A stretch of DNA of 63,735 bases, the filler included, from Licmophora abbreviata (lineage: Eukaryota), in the NCBI GenBank assembly GCA_900291995.1. It is 30 parts of 30 records of this genome, joined end to end, with 100 filler letters (N's around TTAATTAATTAA, not from the genome) between each part and the next. Parts side by side here need not be neighbours in the genome. Positions count along the whole stretch, not along the records: positions 33,779 to 36,665 come from OLMU01006409.1; positions 36,766 to 39,652 come from OLMU01006410.1; positions 39,753 to 40,903 come from OLMU01006413.1; positions 41,004 to 43,689 come from OLMU01006414.1; positions 43,790 to 45,101 come from OLMU01006415.1; positions 45,202 to 46,507 come from OLMU01006416.1; positions 46,608 to 49,157 come from OLMU01006417.1; 23 more parts are not named here. The stretch is one strand, 5' to 3'. The notes under the pieces are model-generated. The model did no database searches and was not told the DNA's origin. It saw nothing but the letters and a program-made list of their open reading frames with translations. Shown here piece by piece: positions 36,230 to 49,257 of this stretch (within the stretch, counting starts at the first letter, position 1; each line of letters starts with the position of its first letter). Made by a program: the position numbers and the translations under genes.

Positions 36230-36765
36230 CTAGCTTGTAACATGTTTAGTTCCAATTGACCAACGACATTAGCTAACCTAGCTGCATGCTCTTTTCCATA
36301 GGCGTCAAATAGTTTTTGTACCAAGGGAAACTTAAAAATGTGCTGCGGCACCAGCAATGTTTGATTTGGTCACATGTTACTATGCGCCATTGCTTCTGAC
36401 TGTCACATGCGGCAGGTGCACAACTTGACTACTTTACGTGGCAAATTTAATCAAAGAAGGTTACTTGCCACCCAAATTTTTGCTTGGGCCGCATGGTTGT
36501 ATGTGGCAAATCACATTTTTATTTGATATCATTAAATTTAGTATTGCTTTAAGGCGCAAAATAAATGTGCCAAAGTCACATTCTTTTTAGTAGCAAGTTC
36601 ACATACAAAACGTAGCTATGACAAATATTTATGTGATGACTCACATCTTGCCCATCTGCGATGCCNNNNNNNNNNNNNNNNNNNNNNNNNNNNNNNNNNN
36701 NNNNNNNNNTTAATTAATTAANNNNNNNNNNNNNNNNNNNNNNNNNNNNNNNNNNNNNNNNNNNN

Positions 36766-38250
36766 TCCATGAAAGTATCTTGCTTATCCATGAAACGATA
36801 CTCGGCCACAGGCGGGGTAGCAGTCACACGCTCTTGGACTTTTTCTTTCCTCTTTTCTTTGCCTGACGAAATGGTTTCCAGCGTCGTTGGCAACTGTAGT
36901 ATCGTCGCTATCCTCGTCGTCTTCGTCAAGACTTTCGTCGGCATCTTGCTTCTTCTTCTTAAAAGCAGATACCGTGCGCTTCATCTTCGCTTGCGACTTT
37001 CTGCTTCAGCTTCTTCACCGTCCTCGCTGAAGTCTTCGGTGCTGTCTTCTTCCTTCCTCTCCCGCCGTTGGTATTCTTGCCCAATCGCTTCCTTTCCTCC
37101 TGAACTTTGTCTCTCTCCTCCTGAGATAGACCTCCCCAGTTCTTGTAGTATCCTGTGTGAATGCTACCGTCCGAGGCGTAGATGCTGCCGCCATCTCGGC
37201 CATCTTGCAGGTTACTCGCGATGGCGCCGATACCCCGACTCTTCAAGGTAAGTGTTTCTGGTAGAGTAGAAACTTTGGCGGCTAACTGGTTGACAGCGGT
37301 GGTGTACGTGACGGACTCTGAGTCGACAGCTTGCTGTGCCTTAAGTGCAGCGACTGTTGCAACCAGTCCTGCGTGTTGGATGCCCTTGGTAAAGAGCCAA
37401 CGCAACTTGGCATCGTCACTGGTGTACTCTTTGTCCTCTTCACCGAAGATGGTGAACATCTTCTGGGCGTGTGACAGGAAGGTTTCGAATTTCATTGCTC
37501 GCTCACTCTTGTAGTGGAGATTCTCTCTGAACCTTTCTGCGACTGCGATGCGGCCACTAGAGTTCCCTTCGCCTTCATAGTGTGCGCGAAGGGCTCGCAT
37601 GTCTCGCCGTCCGTCATTATGGCGTTTCATTGGCTTGATCCAATCCTCTGCCGATTTTCACCCTGAACGAGCCCATGTAGAATCTGATGCACGGCTCTCT
37701 TATCTGCCTCGAAATGTGTCCCCTTGAGAGGTGCACACATGACACATTGGGTGATGAAGTCGTCATCCTCATCGACGTCTTCCGGCCTCGGGTTCTTGTG
37801 TTCTCTCACGACATACAACTTTCCTGGACTCGCTTCCTGGGACGTTGATTCAGAAGCTTCTGACTGAGCCTTTCTGACATGGTTCCGTTCTGCAGCCACC
37901 GTGAGTGCTTTCATAAAGTCGTCACGGTTGAGTCCGGCGATGGTCGGCTTTTTACTCACACGCTTGAAATCTTGAACCCAATGGATCAACACCTTCAACC
38001 CTTTAGAACATCTCAATCCGAAGATAATCTGTCCATTGGCGACGGTTCTTTTGGAGAATTCTTTGGCCAGATCATCAACATCGCGTGTACGCATGGCATA
38101 AATGTCATCGTAATTCTCAAACGCCGACTGCATGATGTTCTGCCTCTGCGCAGCAGCACTCGTAAATCCAATCCAGTCCAGGATGTCGTCAAGTGACTCC
38201 AATATGTTCACTTCGCTCGCATCGCTGGCAACGCTGGATGAATCTGACAT
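36766..38250 (-). pseudogene. gag: Ty1/copia (CoDi-like) gag with frameshifts (near 37640 and 36970)
   Basis: LDWIGF..LIHWVQDF, DGRRDMRALRAHYEGEG, LHYKSERAMKFETF and GYYKNWGGLSQEER. Confidence 0.75.
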
Positions 38251-39146
38251 GATAGCGCTTTATGATATCCAATAGTCTTACTCTGCGTCAGTCCCTTACG
38301 GCTGTTCAGGCTTCGTTATCGATGGACTCGTCGTCTGATGATGATATCCCTGTTTCGCTGACGGTGCAATGTTCTGGTGGTGATGAGGTTGATCACTCCT
38401 CAATCCCTCGGTTGCAAATGCAAATACGAGGCCAATCGATGTGTTGAACGATTCCGTCAAAATCCGCTCAATAGACAACACTCGACGCCTCTCAGTTCAA
38501 GATCTGGTCTTTCTTTATCCACTTTGCAATGGGTCGTGATATACCGAGTAAATGTAGTACTACTCACGTAACTCAGATGGATAGACGGGAAACAACACAG
38601 ATTATGTAAGCTGACGCTACCACTAGAACCTTCATTGTGAGCCCATGAATTGGCAACAGGAAACGTGAAGGTCGTTCACGAGTCCACCAACTTCACATCT
38701 CGCCGTGATCGCATCGTGACACATGCATCACTTAACGATTACACGACTCACTTTATTCGGGATCGTCCTCTTTTGTAAAATAAGAACTTTTTTCTCTTCT
38801 GAGTAGCACCTTGTTTACACATCACTTTCCTGTTGTCTCTCACCTTTCTTGCACCATTATCCGTACGTAGCATCCTTTGCCTTACAAAATGATATAATGC
38901 AATGTGGTTTATAGTACCGAGATTACCCTACCTGTATTCGAGGTAGGAACCTCTTGTACTTGCGGCCCCTAAAGGGCGGCGTACTTGTTCTGGTGCTGTG
39001 TGTGTGGTGCTTCTCTTGTGCGTTTACGTCTGTTGTGGAGTGTTGTTTGCTGCCTGGTTGTTTGTTTGCTGATGTGACATGGTTGTCCTATTCGTCGCTG
39101 TTGTGTCTGGGGTCTTTCCTCGCGTTATATAGCGGTCCATTGTATT

Positions 39147-39652
39147 TCACTGTCCGGCTTTACAACGGTGGCTTCGTGCAGGTTTCTTTTGATTGAGCGT
39201 CCCCTGGTCCTTGGCTACGTGAGGTGGCTGGTGTTGACGTCGTTTGCGGTGCTCGTGGCGTGCTTGTAAAAGTCGGTTGGCGTTGTCGATCCACGACTGT
39301 TGGGTTGAAAGAGGTGAGGTTAGGAGTTGCTCTTTATCGGGGAAGAGGAGGCGTCGGTCTTGTGCTGTGTACTGGTCCTGCTCTTCGAAGTACAGAGTGA
39401 TGAGGCGTTGAGTTTTCTGCTTGTTTGCCCTTTTGTCGTCCTTTTCGTGCAGGGCGTCGTTTCTCGTTTTCCATTCGTCTTCTCCGAAACTCCAGATCGC
39501 CATGGTGAGTTGGCATTTCCAAGTCAAGAGTTTTTGGCTTTGGTCCTTAGAAGAGATTCTCGGATTTTGCATACTACATCTTCCTCTGGAAGGAGCAGTT
39601 TAGAGACGCTGACTGTTCGAGATCGTGTGAAGATGTTCATGTGTTCGAAGAT
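39147..39652 (-). mobile_element. Probable 3' end of a LINE-like ORF2
   Basis: W..L..IW....WKTRNDALH..Y....DRRLLF......QSWI pattern typical of non-LTR ORF2 C-termini; A/C-rich 3' UTR follows. Confidence 0.55.
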
Positions 39653-40117
39653 NNNNNNNNNNNNNNNNNNNNNNNNNNNNNNNNNNNNNNNNNNNNTTAA
39701 TTAATTAANNNNNNNNNNNNNNNNNNNNNNNNNNNNNNNNNNNNNNNNNNNNAAACTACTGGGGATACTCCTACTAATGGGTATCATTCTAGAGTAGCAG
39801 GAGGGCAATTGCAGTAAAACACTGTGGTCTAGCTAGGGGTCGCTGGATGATACCGGCAGACTAAGGTACGAGGAGTACGAATATCATACAGTGAACAACA
39901 CACTTCAAACTAGCTAGGAGGGCTACGAGCTTTTGCGTCGAGCTACTCGTAAGTTTGCAAGAAAACAAAAAACAAAAAACAAAAAAACTTAACACACAAA
40001 ACACAAAACGCATCAACGACGATGATGAAACCAAGACTATGCATACGAACGTGACGAAGACATTCTTAATGAATGAACTATCTCTAGTTTCTGCGTTTAT
40101 CCGCCCATCAAATAAAA

Positions 40118-40903
40118 ATGAGGTCGACGACAAGGAGGCGTCCCCGACGATTCATTCTGCCCAAGAAGCTCTTGGCGACGCTGCTTGTCCTTGCCAGCAT
40201 GATTCCACTGTTTCTTCAACAGCAGCTTCTTCTCTACACCCTGACTTCGTCTCCTTCTTCTTCTTTGATGGAGCAAGACAGAATCCTCCTCCCTTACTCC
40301 AATACTTCTATTTCTAGTAGTAGTACTTCTACTACTACTACCGTCTTTGTCATTTCGCTCCAAGACGTACCCGGCGCGGCCCCTGAGAATGCGGGTCGAC
40401 TCGACTCCTTTCGTCGAGACTGGAACGAGGCATGCAAGGATGCTGATGATTCGATATTCAATTTTCATCATTGTCCAGGTACCGTCGATACAAGGAGAGG
40501 ATACGGACTCACGCAGACTTTTGTAGCCTGCCTCTTGGAGGCTTACAACAATAACGACACTACTACTGACAACAATAGTAACGCAGCAATGGTGTCGTTG
40601 TTTTTTGAAGACGATGCAAGACTCTTTTCGAACGACTTTTGCCATGCCGCGCATCGACGAAGCATGTGGGAGACTATTCCAGACGATGCCATGTTGGTCA
40701 TGCTGGGAGGACATGGGTGGAAATTCAGAGACAACACTACTACTGCGACACGCGATACTACAAACAGCTATCGCGAAACGACCTTTTCCTATGGTACCTA
40801 TGGCTTTGCGGTACCTCGGCAGAATCTAATGGCCTTGCGAGACGGCTATATTCGGGATCTATTGGAAAAAGGCGTGGACTTTCTCAAGCCGGACGTGTCT
40901 TGG
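40118..40903 (+). CDS. Glycosyltransferase family 25-like type II membrane protein, 3'-truncated
   Basis: N-terminal TM helix; VFVISL..R, LFFEDDA and YGTYGFAV. Confidence 0.7.
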
Positions 40904-41021
40904 NNNNNNNNNNNNNNNNNNNNNNNNNNNNNNNNNNNNNNNNNNNNTTAATTAATTAANNNNNNNNNNNNNNNNNNNNNNNNNNNNNNNNNNNNNNNNN
41001 NNNATTTTAACCCTAACCCTA

Positions 41022-42227
41022 ATGGCAGGCTGGATCTACGGCGTTCACCCGGATTGGTCCGGATCAGAGAAAGAACTACACCAACAGATTCATGACAAAT
41101 ACCAAGAGGAACACACGGACGGAAGCAAACTAGCACCATTTGAAATCGCGGTGGAAACATTTGGAGCGCGGTTGGGACAGGATCACAAGACACGCGCATT
41201 CACGATCTACTGTCGCCCCGAACATGCGACTTACCTACGCCAACAACTAAGCGAAAGCCTCCCCCTGCAAACGAAAGACAGCATCGGCTTCATCCCAAGG
41301 AACGACATTTCGAACGAGATGGAGCAAATCGTGTTCTACCATCAGAACAAAGTGTTGAGTATGAAACAAGCCATCCGGATCGTGGGTGTGCAGGATAAGA
41401 CCTCGGAGATGACATGGACCAATAACGATGGAGAACAGCACACCCTGACAGTGGCCGAAATTCTTACCGGACTGGCCAAAGAAAAGAGTCCCGACACCAA
41501 CGTGACAATCGTGCAAGGAAAAAGCGGAAATGCCATCCACGTAGTATACGACGCTCCGGAAGAAACACAGGAGAGAGCCAACGTGAAAGCACACGTGCTG
41601 GAAGCAGTAAAAGAATTTACTTCTTACCTCCGTGAATTCCCGACCGAAAGGAACAAGATCCGCAGAGAAGGGACAGAGCATATCTTCACGCCGGGCGCCA
41701 AAGACGAACGGGTGTACACTGCACAGGACTTTCCACTTATGCAAGGCTTGACAACCATCTTTGGAAACCCGCAATCCAGTGAAAACGAGAAACTTCGAGG
41801 GCAACTCCAGACAACGTCGAAGGGATACCAGACGCCGGCCAAACAGCAACACAGCGACGACAGCCTGACAAAGAATTATTCGTACGCTCACGCCGCCGGC
41901 AGCACCGTCGTAACACCATCATCCATCACGTCCCCAGGAACAAACGCCTTGGAAGACCTGACGCAGAAACTTATGACGATGAACGAGGAGTCTAACGCCA
42001 AAATCCAAGCGCTCGAAACAAAGTTCTCCAAAGCACTGCATCAGGTACAGGAAGCCACAGCCACATTGCAACAAGAGTACAAAACAGAATCCGAAGGATG
42101 GAAACAGACGATGGAGACGGCCATGACAAACCAAGCCGCGATGATGGACCAACTTAGTGGACAAATGACCCTTCTCCTCGATCAGATCTCACCGAAAGTA
42201 GAAGTCAGTTGCAAAGAGCAACGATAG
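41022..42227 (+). CDS. Probable non-LTR retrotransposon ORF1-like protein, cut at its 3' end by an insertion
   Basis: 401-aa A-rich ORF; GWIYGVHP, SYAHAA and C-terminal coiled coil; last codons belong to the repeat starting 42203. Confidence 0.45.
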   Translation: MAGWIYGVHPDWSGSEKELHQQIHDKYQEEHTDGSKLAPFEIAVETFGARLGQDHKTRAFTIYCRPEHATYLRQQLSESLPLQTKDSIGFIPRNDISNEMEQIVFYHQNKVLSMKQAIRIVGVQDKTSEMTWTNNDGEQHTLTVAEILTGLAKEKSPDTNVTIVQGKSGNAIHVVYDAPEETQERANVKAHVLEAVKEFTSYLREFPTERNKIRREGTEHIFTPGAKDERVYTAQDFPLMQGLTTIFGNPQSSENEKLRGQLQTTSKGYQTPAKQQHSDDSLTKNYSYAHAAGSTVVTPSSITSPGTNALEDLTQKLMTMNEESNAKIQALETKFSKALHQVQEATATLQQEYKTESEGWKQTMETAMTNQAAMMDQLSGQMTLLLDQISPKVEVSCKEQR

Positions 42228-42253
42228 ACGATCTAAAACGAAGTCAGAATCGA
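42203..42253. repeat. 51-bp sequence identical to 46457-46507; probable terminus of an unidentified mobile element
   Basis: AGTCAGTTGCAAAGAGCAACGATAGACGATCTAAAACGAAGTCAGAATCGA in two contigs with unrelated left flanks. Confidence 0.8.
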
Positions 42254-43789
42254 AACTATGAGCTAGAATTATCAGGATTCTAGTGATCACCAACTAGTCG
42301 TGGACGAGACCCACGTGTTTGAACTATGTTCAAACGCATCAACCAAATGGGAGCAAAACGTTGGGTCGGTCAGCGACTCGATCAATGAGGTATCCGTGAC
42401 TGGATGTTCAATTGACATCAGTCGTGTGTGTGTCGTGTCACGACCAGACACACCGGACGACTCATTTGACTCGGAGACGAGCTCGGAATGGGAATCAGGC
42501 GTCAAACAAAGACGATTTCTTTCACAGATCGATAGCACCGCCACAATGCGTTGGGAGTTGTGAGAATTCCTTTGCGACAAGAATTGATAGAGATACGGTC
42601 GATAATAGTACATCCTCATTTCAACCACATTTTTAGAACTTTTTCAATTCTATTGTCATCAATTGATCACGCATCGTTGAGGCGACACCTTTCACGTCTT
42701 TATATGACATGTACAAAGCCATGGTAGCAATCAGATTGAAAATCTGACAAGTACTGGAGACAAAATGGACTCGACAATGTTTCATTTTTGGCGCTCCAGA
42801 TAGCTCAAAATGACGTTCGCTGTTTGTTGTTCTTTGAGCACTTTGTCATTGTCAAAGTACACATACGACGGCAGCCACATCTAAGCCACTTCACTAGCGG
42901 TGCATGGATATGTCGAGCGTTTGATGGATCAAAAAACTCGTCCCAAAATGGTCGATCATATTCGTATCTAACAACGCCGACAGCGAAGCACATGTTGCAC
43001 GGGACGAATCTCCATCGATGCTGGTCCCACGCCCAAGCCTGGTGAATTGTTGTATCCTTCAAAGACCCGTTGGTTAGATGAAAATTTGCGGAAAGTTTTC
43101 GTTGTCGTCCGAACTGTCGTCGTCAAAAATAACACGCCTCTTTTTTGCAATTTGCACTGTCCCCCGTCTGGGAGACAATGGCCGTCGCCTGCCGTGGAGA
43201 GAAGACATCCCACAGCAAATCAAACCCTGTAGAAGAGAGGAATAAAAACCAAACCAATCGTCTGTCATCCGGTCAAAAGTTTCCGCCGGAAATTCTTGTC
43301 CGTTGCCATGCAAATGGCAAAGGTGACACACACACCGCAGCAGCAAGACAAACAAAGCAAGAAAGAGGAGGTTTCCCTCAATCCGATCCCATATCTCAAT
43401 GCAGAATCATGTCAAGTACACAAACAACCAAAAGACAGAATACATACACCTTGATCGTATGTGTCGGTGGTAGCCGGGCAACAAGAAAAGCCTAAAAGAC
43501 CACCGCTGCGGCAGTGAGATGAGTGATCATGATGATGATGACAAAAATGCACTTGGGAAAATGGCGCCAGCGGGTGAGTGCGTGTGCGTGGGGGGTTGGG
43601 TGGAGTGGCTGGAGTATAAGAATGCTCGTGGCGAACATAAATGTATGCTAATGGGCGCCCATTAGTTTACATAGGGGCGGAGCGAGGATNNNNNNNNNNN
43701 NNNNNNNNNNNNNNNNNNNNNNNNNNNNNNNNNTTAATTAATTAANNNNNNNNNNNNNNNNNNNNNNNNNNNNNNNNNNNNNNNNNNNN

Positions 43790-44889
43790 CTGTGACCGAG
43801 AGCTCTCACTTGGATAATAAGGACACCTCGGATCCTTATATTGTCGTGGAGACTCCACTCTTGAATGATGCTGCGAGAGAGGAACTGAAAAGAATCCCTA
43901 ACATTACATTCCTTCATATAAGGAATCCTGACAGTTTTCGCTGTGTCTTCCCACAAGAGTTTGTCACACTGGGCGTAGATATGTATTCAATTAACACTTC
44001 TTCCAAGCTCCCATCCGTCGAAAACGCGGTGGTGGTCGGCCATAGCACATGGCGCGTGGACTTCAACCCTGATAAACTGGTATCACGTCTACAGAACACA
44101 ACTCGTCCGCATGGGAATGCCAACGTTGGGCTGTACTTTATCGCTGACGAGCTCAATGTTGGCTCTTCACATTTGAATATCCGTCCCTCTCCATGGTCGT
44201 ACCTTGTACGAAACTATTGGTTTGAACGCCTGAAAGATGCCCCGGAGGTTAAAATGGTACAGCTTGGATCCATGACTTGCGGCACCGTACACAAGATATG
44301 CAACATCGCCCCATCTGATGTGGCTTTCGTGGCTCTTCTACCCCCTTTAACTCCTTTGCATTACAACCCTGGCAGTGTTTCTCGAGCGTCGACGAGAGAT
44401 CAGTTGTGCTATTGGGCTGGATCCAACCGTGCCTCGCGTCAGGAAATGCATGACTATTTTAAGAGAAGTGGTGGGTGTAACGTCACTATGACACCCGGAT
44501 ATAACAAGGGAGATGACAAGAGGACGTACCTTTCCAATTTGGATAGATCAGTATTTAGTTTGGTTCCGAGAGGGAATTCCCCTGAAACGCATCGCCTGGC
44601 AGAGGTGCTTATGACCGGCGGAATCCCAGTCATGCTGGATGAGGATGCCCATGCACCCCATATGTTGAGCTATCATTCTCCCATACCGTTAATATCAGGC
44701 CCGAGCTGGGAAGTGATCGAGCATTGCATGCAGGCAATTGCCAAATCTCCAGAATCACTAGACTCCTTACAGATGAGGGTTCTGGAGTGGTGGCAGCACT
44801 ATTTGATGTGTGCTCGATCAGACATGCGCTGGATTATTGCACAGGCCCATGCCCGCGCTCACAGTAGGGACTTATGCGCCTATGCATAG
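43790..44889 (+). CDS. Exostosin/GT47-like glycosyltransferase, 5'-truncated
   Basis: SVFSLVPRGNSPETHRLAEVLMTGGIPVML signature. Confidence 0.8.
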
Positions 44890-46607
44890 AAGAAGAAGAG
44901 AGTTTTTCATGTTGAGTTGTCTGGATTTCCCTCCATTTTTCACGGTCTCTGGGGCACAAGAAGTGAATGATATTATGCATTTCAGGGGGAGAGATAGAAA
45001 GTTCCATTGCCGCCAGTTCTGGGCTGTGGTGTAAAGTGGGATGGTACAGAAGACCAGGGTCACGCGGGTACCTCAATCGCAGAGAAAGTGGCATTGGTGG
45101 GNNNNNNNNNNNNNNNNNNNNNNNNNNNNNNNNNNNNNNNNNNNNTTAATTAATTAANNNNNNNNNNNNNNNNNNNNNNNNNNNNNNNNNNNNNNNNNNN
45201 NGACGTTTGCACATGTTTGTACTTCTTTCCCCCAACCCAGGCCCACATACCCCCCTAGCCACCGCCTCCGTACCGTGTAACGCCATTGCTGTAGATGCAC
45301 AGTACCATCAGGCACAGCTAGGCCACCAGAAATTGACCGGATTGCAACGGCGAGTCTGGGCCTGAAGCATCTTATCACTGAACCATGGATAGGTGTAGCA
45401 CCAGTTGATTCGACATGAGGGAAAAATTTTCCTGGTAGAACCCGGAGGGTCCTTTGTAGGACCTGAACGGGTGGACGTGAAGCGTCTGCCACCCGCGGGA
45501 TAGTGCAAATAGTAGCCAACACTTAGGGAAATGACCGTTGAGCAATGAACCTGTCCGCTCAAACCTGAAATCTGGCATCTCGAGAATTTTGTGGATTGCA
45601 ACTAACCACCACACACACAGAGCCAACATGGTGGTCGCCGATGACCCCATCGTTCTCCTTAACAATGTCACTCCCGCCCCATTCCACATCATCACAGGGC
45701 CCTCGTTCACAATTTTTATCCACAATGCATGAGTCGATGGACGGAAAACGGTAGAGGCCGCAATTGAGCTTTCCGGTGACGGCTGCAGCAGGGAGGTGCG
45801 TGGGTGGAAGGCGATGACGGACAAATAAATCGAAATGCAGCAAGCTGTGATGATACCGCCAAAGAATGTGGGCGATCTGACGATATCATTGCGGACAAAT
45901 CCTTTGGAAAAAGTCAGAGCTGCCGATTGAGAAGACCGAAAATGCTTGGCTTCTCTTGCCGTCCGTGGCAAGCCGGAGGAGGGGTCATGATGGCTATGCC
46001 CAGCACCGAGTCCCAAGGCAAGAGCGCTGGCTTCTTCAACTCCTTGCAAGGCTGGTTGGGCTTCGTTTCGATGTGCTTCGATCGCAATGCTACCGCTGGG
46101 TGCACAAAGCAAGACTATATTCCCGTGAGGAGGTATGCCCGTACAGGTCTCGATTCGGTTTTGGCAAGCACAACCGACCCACGGAACTCTCATTTTTTTT
46201 GTTGTTGTGAACGATAAGAGCTGAAATACATTGCAAAACTTGAATCGCACTTGGCAAGGCTGACGCTGCCAAGCTTCTTTAGCTCTTCGTGGGTTGCTTG
46301 AATATAGTCCTTTTTGTGATGATGTGCAGGTCACTTTCATCGACATTCAAAAGTCGTTGAATTTGACGGCCGTTGCGATGATGACGCTATTGAAGTCCAG
46401 GCGTCGGTGCATACTCCAACACACAAATCTAGAATGTTACTTTTGCATCAATTAGGAGTCAGTTGCAAAGAGCAACGATAGACGATCTAAAACGAAGTCA
46501 GAATCGANNNNNNNNNNNNNNNNNNNNNNNNNNNNNNNNNNNNNNNNNNNNTTAATTAATTAANNNNNNNNNNNNNNNNNNNNNNNNNNNNNNNNNNNNN
46601 NNNNNNN

Positions 46608-49157
46608 TGGCGATGCGCGCAACCACAAACAAACACGAAAACATCGCCGGATTCGACACCGATTCCGGACCAGTCGGCATCGACAATCGATGTACCGCAT
46701 GCATATCTCATGATATCAGCGATTTCGAGGACACTCCGAGACCCAGCAATCGGTACATCCGAGGCTTCGGAGGCACACGCACGCAAGGCGTGAGTGTAGG
46801 GACCATAAAATGGAAGATAGAAGACGACGACGGGAAGGTACATACCTTTCGAATTCCGAACTCGTACTACGTTCCCCAAGGAGGGATACGTCTTCTCAGT
46901 CCTCAGCATTGGGCAAAGACTCAACGCGATTTCAAACCGATCGTCGGCACAGGCACGACGACAGTGCATGACAAAGTGCACATGTTCTGGTCGCAGCGCA
47001 AGTTTCGCAAGACGATACCGCTCGACCCAGCTACAAATGTAGCGACGCTCCACCTCGCACCAGGATACACCAAGTATTGCGCATTCGCAGCCGAGGCGGA
47101 AATAGAAGACGGGGAAGTACTCGATCCCCTCGTCATGGATACGAACGTCGTCAGCGACGACGAGGCAGAAGACGACGAAATGTGCGTCGAGATCCAACAA
47201 GACAACGAAGATGACATTGAGATCCCAATCCGAACGGCACCTCAAGATTTCGAGATCAATCTCGACGGAGATGGCAAGACCACCCCCGGTTATGACGAGG
47301 AACCAGTCACCATCGTCGAAGACGACGATGAAGATAGGCAGCCGACCAACGTCGCCGCCGAATTCCTTCGTTATCATCTCAAGTTCAACCACTGTTCGGC
47401 CAAGAAAATCCAAGAGATGGCCACCCAAGGAACACTTCCAAGAAGACTCGCCACGTGCGACGTTCCTATCTGCAGTGCGTGCCAATTTGGCAAGCAGTCC
47501 CGTCGCCCATGGCGGCAGAAAACGTCAAAGAACAACGCCGAGACTGAGCCGGCACTCCAGCCGGGAAGCGTAGTTAGCGTTGACCAAATGGTCTCGCGTA
47601 CGCCAGGGCTCATCGCCCAAATGGCTGGCTTCCTCACGAAGGATCGCTACAATGTCGCGACCGTCTTCGTCGATCAGAAGTCCAGTCTCAGCTATGTTCA
47701 CCTCCAGAGGACGACATCAGTCAAGGACACACTCGAGGCCAAGATTGCCTTCGAGAGATATGCTGCACAACACGGCGTCACAGTCCGGAATTATCACGCC
47801 GACAACGGCACCTTCGCCGCGAACGAATGGGCACAAAGCTGTCACAGTCGAGGTCAAGGCCTCACGTTCGCGAGCGTCAATGCCCATCACCAAAATGGAA
47901 AGGCAGAGCTTCGAATTCGTCACCTGCAAGACATGGCAAGGACCATGATGATTCATGCAAACAAGAGGTGGCCCGAGGCGGTCACTACCAACCTGTGGCC
48001 TTACGCCATAAAGATGGCAAACGATTCGATCAATGCGACACCCTGGTTTAACAATCCAGGCAAGGCCCCACCAATCGAGATCTTCTCCAACACCAAGGTC
48101 AAGGAGAACCCCAAGCACTGGTTCCACTTTGGATGTCCAGTATACGTACTAGATGATCAAATCCAACAAGGTCGTCGTCCAAGAGGCGGCAAGTGGTCAT
48201 CAAGAGCCAGAATCGGCCTGTACCTGGGCAGATCTCCGCATCATTCAAGAAATGTTGCACTCGTCCTGAACATCAAGACGGCAAGAGTCTCCCCGCAATT
48301 CCACGTCAAAATCGACGGGATGTTCCACACTGTCAAGAACAGTACTCTACAAGAGCGCACCAAGAGTGTATGGATGGAGCGAGCGGGATTTACAGCTGTA
48401 AAAGCCATCGACAAGGTCGATAAGTCGAAGAGCAAGTCTACTTCCGACAAGTCCAAAGAGACACCATCAGCACCAACACCGAAAGACGATGCGAATCAAG
48501 AGTTCGGCATTGTTCCTCCAAGCGAAAAGCAACCGATCAATCCTCCAGAGGGAGCTTCGGACGGAGAAACCCGACAGGATATGCCTGATCCAGAGGGAGT
48601 TCAAGAAACTCCACAACCTCCAAGCAACGATCAGGAGTCGCGCAGCAAAGACAGCGGGACTGAAAATGTCAATGACAAAACCAAGGTGCGAAGATCGGCG
48701 CGCAAGAGCAAGCCGACGAGTCGGTACATTGCCGATTACGCCCAAGCCACAGAGATCTTCGCCATGCAAGCCATGTTTCCCCAAGAGGAAGAAGAAGATC
48801 CACTCTACGCTTACAAAGCGACATCCGACCCCGATACAATGTATTTGCACCAAGCGATGCGAGAGCCGGATGCTGACCAGTTCAAGAAGGCCATGCGAAA
48901 AGAAATCGACGCCCAAATTGAAGGCGGTGTCATCAAACTGATCAAAAAGAGCGAAGTCCCTCAAGGAGCAACGATCCTCCCAGCGGTATGGCAAATGAAG
49001 CGCAAGCGCAACATCAAAACTCGAGAAGTCTACAAGTGGAAAGCTCGACTGAACATCGACGGCTCTCGAATGGTCTACAAGAGAGACTACGAGCAGACGT
49101 ACGCCCCAGTGGCAAGCTGGAATTCGATCCGACTCCTCCTCATCATGACAATGATCC
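46608..49157 (+). mobile_element. pol: Ty1/copia (CoDi-like) pol: protease, HHCC, integrase core, RT start
   Basis: IDNRCTACIS, HLKFNH..CSACQFGK, SVDQM/ADNG/QNGKAE and KWKARLNIDG. Confidence 0.95.
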
Positions 49158-49257
49158 NNNNNNNNNNNNNNNNNNNNNNNNNNNNNNNNNNNNNNNNNNN
49201 NTTAATTAATTAANNNNNNNNNNNNNNNNNNNNNNNNNNNNNNNNNNNNNNNNNNNN

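Noticed and set aside
41008..41022. Telomere repeat (TAACCC)2 at contig start
   Set aside because: Only two units and in an open frame; cannot be distinguished from chance.
45375..46346. 323-aa minus-strand ORF
   Set aside because: No recognisable domain and unclear frame or exon structure; not supportable as a gene call.
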